Of a stretch of DNA of 32,000 nt, positions 24,295 to 32,000 are shown piece by piece. Within the stretch, counting starts at the first letter, position 1; each line of letters begins with the position of its first letter. This stretch comes from Geotalea uraniireducens Rf4. Lineage in GTDB: Bacteria > Desulfobacterota > Desulfuromonadia > Geobacterales > Geobacteraceae. The stretch spans positions 1,380,001 through 1,412,000 of the forward strand of contig NC_009483.1 of the NCBI RefSeq assembly GCF_000016745.1. Reading direction: 5' to 3'. The notes beneath the pieces are model-generated. The model made no database searches and was not told where the DNA came from. It saw only the letters and a program-made list of their open reading frames with translations. A program made the translations under genes and the position numbers.

Positions 24295-26835
24295 CTAATA
24301 TCTCTCGAATTCTTCATCCTCAAGATTCAACGTAATCCCTTCGGCACCCACCGCTTTTTTCAGCGGTTGCCGGTACTCTTTCCTTACTGTATGTGCGGAC
24401 GGTTTCAAGTCCGTTGCCGGAGCGGGTTTCAGAATGGTGTTTTTCTTCTTGTTGGCTGTTTCGTCCACCCTGAAAAAGGAAATCGTTCCCTGGAGCTGTC
24501 CCGCCTGGGAGGAAAGTTCTTCGGCCGTGGACGCCATCTCCTCGGCAACCGCGGCGTTCTTCTGGATCACCTGGTCGAGGCTCTGGATAGCCTTGTTGAT
24601 CTGATCTGCACCGCTATCCTGTTCCCTGCTCGCAGCGCTGATTTCCTGAACCAGTTCCGCGGTTTTCTGAATGTTGGGGAGGATCGCCCCCAGAAGCTCT
24701 CCGGCTTTTTCCGCGATCTCCACACTGGAAACGGAGAGTTCGGAAATTTCGCCCGCTGCCTTTTGGCTCCGCTCGGCAAGTTTTCTCACCTCCGCAGCGA
24801 CTACGGCAAAGCCCTTGCCGTGGTCGCCGGCCCGGGCAGCTTCGATGGCCGCGTTGAGGGCGAGCATGTTGGTCTGCCGGGCGATCTCCTCGATGATATT
24901 AATCTTGCCGGCGATTTCTTTCATTGCCGTGACGGTGGAAGCAACCGCCTTGCCCCCTTCCTGGGCGTCTTCGGCTGACTTGACAGCAATCCTTTCCGTC
25001 TGCATGGCATTTTCGGCCGTCTGCTTGATGTTGGAACTCATCTGTTCCATGGAAGAGGATGCCTCTTCCGCTGCTGCCGCCTGTTCCGAAGCCCCCTGGG
25101 ACGTATGCTCCGAGTTGGCGGAAAGCTCTTTACTGCCGGCGGCGACGTTGTCTGCGGCCGACATCACGTCCTGCACCACATCGGACAATTTTTTCACCAT
25201 GGTTGCCAGGTCTTTCATCATTTCGTCTTTTTCCGATCGCGGTTTGACTTCGACCATAAGGTTGCCGTTGGCGATTTCCTTGGTGATGGAGATAATATTA
25301 TCCATGGAATATTTTACGTTTTTGAGGTCGTCATTGATCTTGTTGAAGTTCTCGAAGGACTCCTTCGTAAACTGGTCAGGTTCCTTGATGGCAAAAACCA
25401 GGTCAAGGTCTCCTTCCGCAAGGAGCTTGAGGTTTGTCGCCATCCGCTCCACCTCTGTCTTGGTGTAATCCCGGTTCCTGATGATGCCGGTAAGGTCCTG
25501 GACCACCTCGACGTAGCCGATTTTTTCCCCTTTGCGGTTGACCAGGTACGAGGTGTCCTGCTTGCAGCTCGAACCGCACCAGTCGAAGAAGCTTTCTTTG
25601 TTTCCTTTCTGGAGCTGCCGGATGCCGCATGCTTCGGTGTTGCAGATGTTTGCGGCGGCGTTGCTGCACAGAAGGCCTACCGACGAATCCCGGTCCTTGA
25701 TCTGTCCGGCTTCAATGAGAAGCTTTTCAAAGGGTTTGTTCAGGAAAGTCCACCGCATGTCGTCGTCGGTGACATGGATCGGGAACGGCACCGCGTCGAT
25801 GATCGCCTCGTACCAGTCGTTCTTGTCCACAACCGTATCGAGCGTTTTATTCACCCCGTCGACGATTGAGCGGTATTCACCCTGGTGGCGGGAGGCATCG
25901 GCCCGTTTCAGGAAATCCCCCTTCAACGCGGCGTCGACGAGCATTTCCGTATCTTCGATCATGGTGCCGACCGCGTCTTTCACCTTGGTGAGACTGCCGT
26001 TGATCTTGACGAAGTCTTCCCGGGCCGTGGCGGTGTACTCGTCCGCCTCCTTGACCATCAGGTCCAGGTTGAGATCCCCCATGGCCAGCTTGGTCAGGTT
26101 CGACGCCATCCTCTCGACCTCGAACTTGGTGTAATCCCGGTTCCTGATGATGGCGGTGAGGTCCTGGACCACCTCGACATATCCGATTTTTTCTCCCTTG
26201 CGGTTTATCAGGTGCGAGGTGTCCTGCTTGCAGCTCGAACCGCACCAGTCGAAGAAGCTCTCGTTGACCCCCTTCTGCAGTTGGCGGATGCCGCATGCGT
26301 CGGTGTTGCAGATGTTTGCGGCGGCGTTGCTGCACGGCATACCTACCGACGAATCCCGGTCCTTGATCCGCCCCTCTTTGATGAGGAGCTGCTCGAACGG
26401 CTTGTTCATGAAGGTCCATTTCATGTTGTCGTCGGTGACATGGATCGGGAACGGCACCGCATCGAGGATCGCCTCGTACCAGTCGTTCTTGCCGACCATC
26501 GAGTCGATGGTCTTATTGCCGTTTTCAATGCTGCCGGCAATCCGGTTGGTCGCTTTTGTCAGGGCAGAAAACTCGCCGTGGCCATCCTCCTTCAGCTCCA
26601 CATCCAGGTTGCCATCGGCTATTCTTTCAAGGGCGGAGACGAGCCCCTGAAGGGGGCGTCCGACCATGCGTGAGACGCATATGCCAAGGGAGATAACGGC
26701 AAGAGGTGCGACTATCCACGCCCAGGCTGTCGCTGCACCTGGAATATGCGTTGCCGCATACGTCCCCATTGATCCCATTGCCGCGGCCAGGACAAATCCG
26801 GCCATTATTTTGCTGCTTACCTTGAGATTACCCAT
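24295..26835 (-). CDS. methyl-accepting chemotaxis protein with two Cys-rich PAS-like modules
   Basis: 846 aa from ATG 26835 (AAGGAGA SD). It has two N-terminal TM helices with almost no periplasmic loop, HAMP-like segments, a duplicated ~144-aa module, and the conserved MCP signalling core ..[41 protein letters not shown].. Confidence 0.9.
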   Translation of the reverse strand: MGNLKVSSKIMAGFVLAAAMGSMGTYAATHIPGAATAWAWIVAPLAVISLGICVSRMVGRPLQGLVSALERIADGNLDVELKEDGHGEFSALTKATNRIAGSIENGNKTIDSMVGKNDWYEAILDAVPFPIHVTDDNMKWTFMNKPFEQLLIKEGRIKDRDSSVGMPCSNAAANICNTDACGIRQLQKGVNESFFDWCGSSCKQDTSHLINRKGEKIGYVEVVQDLTAIIRNRDYTKFEVERMASNLTKLAMGDLNLDLMVKEADEYTATAREDFVKINGSLTKVKDAVGTMIEDTEMLVDAALKGDFLKRADASRHQGEYRSIVDGVNKTLDTVVDKNDWYEAIIDAVPFPIHVTDDDMRWTFLNKPFEKLLIEAGQIKDRDSSVGLLCSNAAANICNTEACGIRQLQKGNKESFFDWCGSSCKQDTSYLVNRKGEKIGYVEVVQDLTGIIRNRDYTKTEVERMATNLKLLAEGDLDLVFAIKEPDQFTKESFENFNKINDDLKNVKYSMDNIISITKEIANGNLMVEVKPRSEKDEMMKDLATMVKKLSDVVQDVMSAADNVAAGSKELSANSEHTSQGASEQAAAAEEASSSMEQMSSNIKQTAENAMQTERIAVKSAEDAQEGGKAVASTVTAMKEIAGKINIIEEIARQTNMLALNAAIEAARAGDHGKGFAVVAAEVRKLAERSQKAAGEISELSVSSVEIAEKAGELLGAILPNIQKTAELVQEISAASREQDSGADQINKAIQSLDQVIQKNAAVAEEMASTAEELSSQAGQLQGTISFFRVDETANKKKNTILKPAPATDLKPSAHTVRKEYRQPLKKAVGAEGITLNLEDEEFERY

Positions 26836-26970
26836 AGACGTTACTTCTCCTTTTGATGAGATGACCTGCCGCAATCTGTTCCTTTGCTGTTTTAGAATTG
26901 TTACTTTCTTCGTGTGTATACAAAAAATCTTTAGTGAAATGTTTGACAACGCAGCAAAAAAGTCGGAACT

Positions 26971-27052
26971 CACCACTAAGTCACTAAGGACACTAAGCTA
27001 ACCCCTTTAAAGGATTGCAGTTTTTCTTCGTGTTCTTAGTGTCTTAGTGGTG
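26971..27052. repeat. hairpin built from 9-bp-phased CACTAAG repeats; possible terminator of the upstream minus-strand operon
   Basis: CACCACTAAG-TCACTAAG-GACACTAAG (26971-26998) is complementary to CTTAGTGTC-TTAGTGGTG (27035-27052). On the minus strand a TTTTTT run follows 7 nt after the stem. Confidence 0.6.
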
Positions 27053-27139
27053 AAAGAGATTCTCGAAACGGTAGTTGTCGGGGGAAAAGGGTGAGGGAGG
27101 GACGGTGATTTCCTTCAGGCGCGCGCGAAGATGCGGCAA

Positions 27140-27574
27140 TCAGCAGCAGCCGCAGTACCAGCCGGAAAATTGAGGCAGGAAGACATTGTCGATGACGTGG
27201 ATGATCCCGTTTGTGCATTCAATGTCGGTTTTGACGTACTTGGCGTTGTCGATCACCTGGCGGCCTTCCTCCAGCAAGACGGTCAAGGACTTGCCGTTGC
27301 TTGTCATGAGATTTTCGTCCCTGGCAATCTCGGCGGCGGTCAATTTGCCGTCGACCATGTGGTAGGTAAGGATCGAGACGAGATTGTCCCGATCGGCGGT
27401 TATCTCCTCGACGATGACCCGCTTGAAGGCGTCGTCGTTGGGAGCAAAGAGGGTGAACGGTCCCGGGCTCCTGAGCTTTTCGGCCAGATCCGCCATTTTC
27501 AATGTCGAAAGGAGGGTCTGAAACGAACCATCTTCTGTGAGGGTATCAAGGATGTCTTTCATCGTGGTCTCCAT
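27140..27574 (-). CDS. fasciclin (FAS1) domain protein without signal peptide, C-terminal CGCC tail
   Basis: ..DGSFQTLLSTLKMADLAEKLRSPGPFTLFAPNDDAF..LTYHMVDGKL..TNGIIHVIDNVFLP are FAS1 motifs. It may start at ATG 27562, which has the better SD (GGAGA). Confidence 0.8.
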   Translation of the reverse strand: METTMKDILDTLTEDGSFQTLLSTLKMADLAEKLRSPGPFTLFAPNDDAFKRVIVEEITADRDNLVSILTYHMVDGKLTAAEIARDENLMTSNGKSLTVLLEEGRQVIDNAKYVKTDIECTNGIIHVIDNVFLPQFSGWYCGCC

Positions 27575-27610
27575 TGCATCCTGGACGGCCGGAATGCTGA
27601 TAAAACCGGT

Positions 27611-28456
27611 CTAATCGGCCGCCGATGGCGGGTCATTTATCATGTCGACTGACACAAATATGATTTCCAGGAGATTTACGGAGAGTTTCCTGTTGTGCAA
27701 GGGTTCCCCCACTCCCAGAAGAATCTTGCAGACCTCGGCCACTTCGATGCTGGCGACCAAAGCCGGGGTGAAGGATGGGTTGCCCAGTTTCTGCTCCACA
27801 CCTTTTCCTTCCACCCACCGCCTGTACAACTTCTGCACGGTGTCATCTCCGGGGAACTGGGTGGCGACCTGGCCGTACCAGCCGCCGATGGCCCCGTGCA
27901 CCATGGGGACCCCCAGGTCGGTGCAGGTTTTGGCCAGGGCCAGTCGGGTCTGGATGGAATCCAGGGCGTCCACAATCACCTGGGCGCCCCGGAGGAGTTC
28001 CATTCCGTTTTCCGGCGCGTAGGCTTCCTCTCTCGGAAGGAGGGTGACGGCGGGGTTGATTTCCGCCACCCGCGCCGCTGCCGCCTCGACCTTGGCCCGC
28101 CCCAGCGTGCCGGGGCTCGAAAGGAGCTGCCGGTTCAGGTTGTGCTCCTCGAATACGTCCGGGTCGATGGCGATTATGGTCCCGACGCCGAGCCTGGCCA
28201 GCTCTTCGATGACGTAACCCCCCAGGCCACCGCAGCCGATGACCGCCACTCTGCTTCTGAAAAGCGTCAGTTGATCATTGACGGAGATTGCCTGGCGGTT
28301 GCGCTGATAGCGTGCGGGGAGGAGCCCCTGGGCGAGGGCCGCCTCCTCCACACGGGCGAGGGTTGTACCGAACCGTTCCGCTGCATCGACCTGCGAGTCC
28401 CAGTGGAAAAGGTCGCCTTCGGCGCGGGACCGGATATAGGCGTCAAGATCATCCAT
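27611..28456 (-). CDS. ThiF/MoeB/HesA-family adenylyltransferase (E1-like)
   Basis: 281 aa from ATG 28456, one nt after the MoaD-like stop. Rossmann motif VAVIGCGGLGGYVIEELARLGVG. Confidence 0.85.
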   Translation of the reverse strand: MDDLDAYIRSRAEGDLFHWDSQVDAAERFGTTLARVEEAALAQGLLPARYQRNRQAISVNDQLTLFRSRVAVIGCGGLGGYVIEELARLGVGTIIAIDPDVFEEHNLNRQLLSSPGTLGRAKVEAAAARVAEINPAVTLLPREEAYAPENGMELLRGAQVIVDALDSIQTRLALAKTCTDLGVPMVHGAIGGWYGQVATQFPGDDTVQKLYRRWVEGKGVEQKLGNPSFTPALVASIEVAEVCKILLGVGEPLHNRKLSVNLLEIIFVSVDMINDPPSAAD

Positions 28457-28457
28457 A

Positions 28458-28682
28458 TCATCCCCCGCCCACGAGCGGGAAGAGGGCCAGATTGTCGCCG
28501 TCGTGAAGCTCCTGCTCGGGTTCCGCATGCCGGTTGTTGAGCATGATCATGCCGACTTCCTTTTCCGGTATATTAAGCTCCTCGATGATATCGCCAACGC
28601 GGGTACCCGGCGGATAATCCCGAGTCACTTCGGCAAATCGTCCGACGCGAAAGGTGGCGAACAGTTTTACGGTGATCTTCAT
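28458..28682 (-). CDS. MoaD/ThiS-family sulfur-carrier protein (C-terminal GG)
   Basis: 74 aa with ubiquitin-like size, ending ..DGDNLALFPLVGGG. Confidence 0.8.
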   Translation of the reverse strand: MKITVKLFATFRVGRFAEVTRDYPPGTRVGDIIEELNIPEKEVGMIMLNNRHAEPEQELHDGDNLALFPLVGGG

Positions 28683-28697
28683 AGATGCTCCGTACCG

Positions 28698-30428
28698 CTA
28701 GAAATTCCAGAACTCGTCGATCTCTTCCCCTGTGAAGGTCCAGGTGACGTTGTGGGGGGGGCAGGGGTCTTCATTGAAGAATTCCGGGAGCCGGTCGTCC
28801 GCACTGGTGAAACCGGCGGCCAGATTGAAGGCGTGCTCGGTTTTCAGCACCCGTTTGCCGAGGGCGATCACGTCGTCGCCGGTGAGGCTTGTGCCGTACT
28901 TGGCGTTCAGCATGTCGATGATCGCCGTCATGGTCTCCGGGATGTCCAGGGCAGGGAAGGCGACGAACAGGCAGAGGCCGGTGCTGTCGATGGCTGCGGT
29001 GGCGATCTGCAGGTTCCTGGAGAGTTCCACTTGGCCCTCATTCTTCAGCGGGTCGATGAAGCCGCCTACCTTGAGGATGTTGGTGGCCACGGCATAGCCC
29101 ATGGTGTGGTCGGCTCCCTGGGTGGAGGTGGCGTAGGTGATGCCGATCCCCTTCACCGAGCGTGGGTCGTAGGCCGGGATTCCCTGCCCCTTGACCACCG
29201 GCACCCGGGTCAGGCCGTAGGCCCTTCCCACCGAGGCGGCGCCGTTACCGAGGATGCGGCCGAGGGGGGTCCCCTCGCGGATTTCCTCCAGGAGCTTCAG
29301 GGCGCCGGCGCCGTCGCCGAAGGGGATGATGCCCGCTTCCATGGCCACCCCCATGATGACCGCCGACTCGATGGAATCGATGCCGATGTCGTCCATGACC
29401 CTGTCGGCCCGGGCGATGATGTCCAGGTCGTCGATGCAGCAGTTGGCGCCGAACCCCCAGATGGTCTCGTATTCGAAGCCGGAGGTGACATATTCCCCCT
29501 CCTCGTCGCAGTAAACCTGGGAGCACTGGATGATGCAGCCGGCGTGGCAGCCGTGCTTCGGCTTGCCGCCCCGCTTGATGATGGTATCTCGCATGGTCTC
29601 GCCGCTGATCTTGTTATGCCCCTCGAACTGGCCGTAGCGGAAGTTCTTTGTCGGGAGGCCGCCGGCTTCGTTGAGGACGTTGACCAGCACGTTGGTGCCG
29701 AAAGAGGGGAGCCCCTCGCCGCTCACGGGGTGTTCGAGGATCGCCTTGGCGAAGGCGCGGGCCGCGTTCTTGAACTTCTCCGGGTCTTTGACCTCCACCC
29801 CTGGTCCGCCGCTGTCGTCGATGGTGACATACTTCACCTTTTTCGATCCCATTACTGCGCCCAGCCCGCCGCGGCCGTGGCTGCGGATATTGCCGTCCGG
29901 GTCGCGGACCGAGATATTGGCGGCGGACATCCTCATCTCCCCCACCGGGCCGATAATGAGGACGCCGACCTTCTCGCCGATCCTCCCCATCAGGGTTTTG
30001 ATGGCCTCGTAGTTTCCCTTGCCGATCAGTTCGGCTTCTTCCCGGATCGTCACGCCGTCCTTATTGATCTGGATGCCGTAGAACTTGTCTTCGCCCGGCA
30101 TCCCCTCGATGATGAGAGCCTTGATGCGCAGCTTGGCCAGGTTCTGGGCTGCGGTGCCGCCGGCATTGGACTCCTTGATGGTTCCGGTCAGCGGACTCTT
30201 GGCGCCTGCCGAAAGGCGTCCCGACTGGGCGGCCGGTGACCCCGCCAGGAGCCCCGGCGCAAAGACCAGCTTGTTGTGCTTGCCGAGGGGATGGCAGGTG
30301 GGGGGGACCTCTTTTGCCACGACGGCCGAGGTGAGTGCCCGGCCGCCAATCCCCTGCCATTCGGCCGGTACCTCTTCAAACGCGCCGGAAAGGGTGGTCA
30401 TGTTAATGCGCAAAATCCTTTCTGTCAT
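28698..30428 (-). CDS. aor: aldehyde:ferredoxin oxidoreductase (tungstopterin AOR family)
   Basis: 576 aa. N-terminus ..ILRINMTTLSGAFEEVP..GGRALTS.., ..AKSPLTG..ESNAGG.., and Cys cluster GCHAGCIIQC, typical of the AOR family. GGGAGGG SD. Confidence 0.92.
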   Translation of the reverse strand: MTERILRINMTTLSGAFEEVPAEWQGIGGRALTSAVVAKEVPPTCHPLGKHNKLVFAPGLLAGSPAAQSGRLSAGAKSPLTGTIKESNAGGTAAQNLAKLRIKALIIEGMPGEDKFYGIQINKDGVTIREEAELIGKGNYEAIKTLMGRIGEKVGVLIIGPVGEMRMSAANISVRDPDGNIRSHGRGGLGAVMGSKKVKYVTIDDSGGPGVEVKDPEKFKNAARAFAKAILEHPVSGEGLPSFGTNVLVNVLNEAGGLPTKNFRYGQFEGHNKISGETMRDTIIKRGGKPKHGCHAGCIIQCSQVYCDEEGEYVTSGFEYETIWGFGANCCIDDLDIIARADRVMDDIGIDSIESAVIMGVAMEAGIIPFGDGAGALKLLEEIREGTPLGRILGNGAASVGRAYGLTRVPVVKGQGIPAYDPRSVKGIGITYATSTQGADHTMGYAVATNILKVGGFIDPLKNEGQVELSRNLQIATAAIDSTGLCLFVAFPALDIPETMTAIIDMLNAKYGTSLTGDDVIALGKRVLKTEHAFNLAAGFTSADDRLPEFFNEDPCPPHNVTWTFTGEEIDEFWNF

Positions 30429-30448
30429 GATTATTCCCTCCCTTTCAT

Positions 30449-31612
30449 TTACATTGCCGCCTTGTAGATGCCGATGATCTGCTCCAGGTTTGCCTTGCGC
30501 GGATTGGTCAGCATGCAGGCGTCTTTCTGGGCGTTTTCCGCCATGATCTTCAGGTCTCCTTCCTTGACATTCAGCGCCTTGAGTCCGGCTGGTATGCCGA
30601 TGTCCCTGGAGAGCTTACGGATGCCGGCAATCCCCTTTTCGGCCGCGTCCATCGTGGAAAGTCCGTCGATGTTCTCACCCAGGGCCAAGGCGATGTCACC
30701 GAACCGTTTCGGGTTGGAGATCACGTTGAACTCGCAGACGGCAGGGAGCAGAATGGCGTTGCAGACGCCGTGGGGGAGGTTGTAGAAGCCCCCCAGCTGG
30801 TGGGCCATGGCGTGGACATAGCCCAGGCTGGCGTTATTGAAGGCCATGCCTGCCATGTACTCGGCATAGGCCATCTTGTCGCGGGCCTCCAGGTTCTCGC
30901 CGTTGGCCACCGCGGGACGCAGGTAATCGGAGACCAGTTCGATGGCCTGCAGGGCGCAGAAGTCGGTGATCGGTGTGGCGATGATGGAAACGTACGCCTC
31001 GACCGCGTGGGTCAGGGCGTCCATGCCGGTAGCTGCGGTCAGTGAGGGGGGCATGGCGACCATCAGCAGCGGATCGTTGATGGCGATGTTCGGCGTGCAG
31101 CGCCAGTCGACGATGGCCATCTTCACGTGGGTGTCGGTGTTGGTGATGATGCAGAAACGGGTCATCTCACTGGCCGTGCCGGCGGTGGTGTTGATGGCGA
31201 GGAAGGGTGGCATCGGCTTGGTCGACTTGTTGACACCTTCGAAGTCGCGGATGTTGCCGCCGTTGCCGATGACGAGGCCAATCCCCTTGCCGCAGTCGTG
31301 GGAGCTGCCGCCGCCGAGGGTGACGATGCCGTCGCACCTTTGGTCCTGGTATACCTTTACCCCGGCAAGGACGTTTTTGTCGGTCGGATTGGGTTCGGCG
31401 CCATCGAAGACGATCGCCTGGAGGCCGGCCTCTTCCAGTTGGCTCTTGATCTTGTCGGCAACCCCCAGCTTGGCGATCCCGGCGTCGGTAACGATCAGCA
31501 GTTTGGTTACGCCGAGCGCCTTGGCCTGCGCTCCCGTTTCCTTCGAGCAGCCGATACCCATCAATGAAACTGTTGGAATGTAAAATCCGAAAGTTTGATC
31601 TGCCAGTGCCAT
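30449..31612 (-). CDS. iron-containing (group III) alcohol dehydrogenase
   Basis: 387 aa. ..TLGGGSSHDCGKG.. and ..GYVHAMAHQLGG..PHGVCNA.. are Fe-ADH signature regions. Confidence 0.92.
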   Translation of the reverse strand: MALADQTFGFYIPTVSLMGIGCSKETGAQAKALGVTKLLIVTDAGIAKLGVADKIKSQLEEAGLQAIVFDGAEPNPTDKNVLAGVKVYQDQRCDGIVTLGGGSSHDCGKGIGLVIGNGGNIRDFEGVNKSTKPMPPFLAINTTAGTASEMTRFCIITNTDTHVKMAIVDWRCTPNIAINDPLLMVAMPPSLTAATGMDALTHAVEAYVSIIATPITDFCALQAIELVSDYLRPAVANGENLEARDKMAYAEYMAGMAFNNASLGYVHAMAHQLGGFYNLPHGVCNAILLPAVCEFNVISNPKRFGDIALALGENIDGLSTMDAAEKGIAGIRKLSRDIGIPAGLKALNVKEGDLKIMAENAQKDACMLTNPRKANLEQIIGIYKAAM

Positions 31613-31893
31613 GGTATTTCCTCCTTTTGTTTTTAGTGGTGAGGTTTAAATTCATCTAAAATGGGCTGTTTGCGAGAAGAGTAGATGCCGGCGAAAAGCA
31701 TAAAGCCGCCGGACGGTATGACGCCGTGCGCAGCGGCCCTCTATTTTGCAGAGTGAATCTCCATGACAGCTCATCTTAGAACGGCTTAATAAAGCGTACC
31801 GCTTCATTTTCGCCTGTCAAGGATAGCTCTTTGTATTCTGCCTCCTTTTTCATCATGTGGAATACGACCCCTTGCGGAAAAGGCGCCGGAACG

Positions 31894-31925
31894 AAAAAAC
31901 CCCCACCGGCATGCGCCGATGGGGG
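31894..31925 (-). terminator. rho-independent terminator of the gene entering from the right edge
   Basis: On the minus strand: CCCCCATCGGC, loop GCAT, GCCGGTGGGGG (one G-U pair), then TTTTTT. Confidence 0.55.
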
Positions 31926-31952
31926 TTGCAAGGTATGAATATCCGCTTAAAT

Positions 31953-32000
31953 TTATTCCATGGGCAACCGGACAATCTCTTCGGTGCGCAGGATGTCGGC
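31953..32000 (-). CDS. 3' end (15 codons) of an unidentified gene continuing beyond the window
   Basis: The open frame reads ..ADILRTEEIVRLPME then a stop (TAA at 31953-31955), followed by the terminator. It is too short to assign a function. Confidence 0.3.
   Translation of the reverse strand, partial: ADILRTEEIVRLPME

Noticed and set aside
24079-24978. 299-aa plus-strand ORF
   Set aside because: It starts inside the GC-rich repeat (..WERARVRG..) and then runs antisense to the MCP gene, so it is an artefact.
28503-30239. 578-aa plus-strand ORF
   Set aside because: It is exactly antisense to the well-supported AOR gene. It has Gly/Asp/Ala/Val/His-rich low-complexity composition and no recognisable motifs. 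This is a typical shadow ORF of GC-rich coding DNA.
31747-31763. Sigma-54-like element on the minus strand upstream of adh (TGGAGATTCACTCTGCA)
   Set aside because: The GG-to-GC spacing is one nucleotide too long for a -24/-12 promoter.
31776-31853. 25-codon minus-strand ORF (MKKEAEYKELSLTGENEAVRFIKPF) upstream of adh
   Set aside because: It has no convincing SD and no recognisable motif, and it is too short to support from sequence alone.

Overview
Chromosomal window, GC-rich by eye. Gene content and repeat families look Geobacter/Desulfuromonadales-like, but I cannot verify that without a search.

Gene order, left to right:
- Plus strand: folD (5' truncated), acetogen-type metV-metF, galU.
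- Minus strand: a TonB-family gene and a UPF0016/GDT1 gene.
- Plus strand: nifH-nifD-nifK, preceded by a sigma-54-type promoter and a leader that carries an intrinsic terminator.
- After the nifK terminator, a visibly more AT-rich accessory stretch. It holds a ~2.1 kb IS with a 9-bp target duplication and nested inverted repeats, a RhuM-family gene, and a four-helix-bundle (23S-IVS/Avd-type) gene interrupted by an in-frame inverted array of 9-bp repeats.
- Minus strand: an EmrA/EmrB-like efflux pair.
- Minus strand: a TetR gene plus a family-5 (opp/dpp/nik-type) ABC transporter operon, split by a DUF559 endonuclease cassette.
- Minus strand: an 846-aa methyl-accepting chemotaxis protein with a duplicated 5-Cys PAS-like module.
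- Minus strand: an adh-aor-moaD-thiF-fasciclin operon.

Intergenic space holds several families of palindromic or phased repeats, and some of them supply the 3' ends of genes. I saw no rRNA, tRNA or CRISPR.

I do not see a clear-cut new multi-gene system. The most unusual items are the phased-repeat hairpins (especially the one inside the four-helix-bundle gene), the nested IS/MITE, the repeat-flanked DUF559 cassette, the 5-Cys PAS chemoreceptor and the AOR-associated sulfur-carrier/fasciclin genes.
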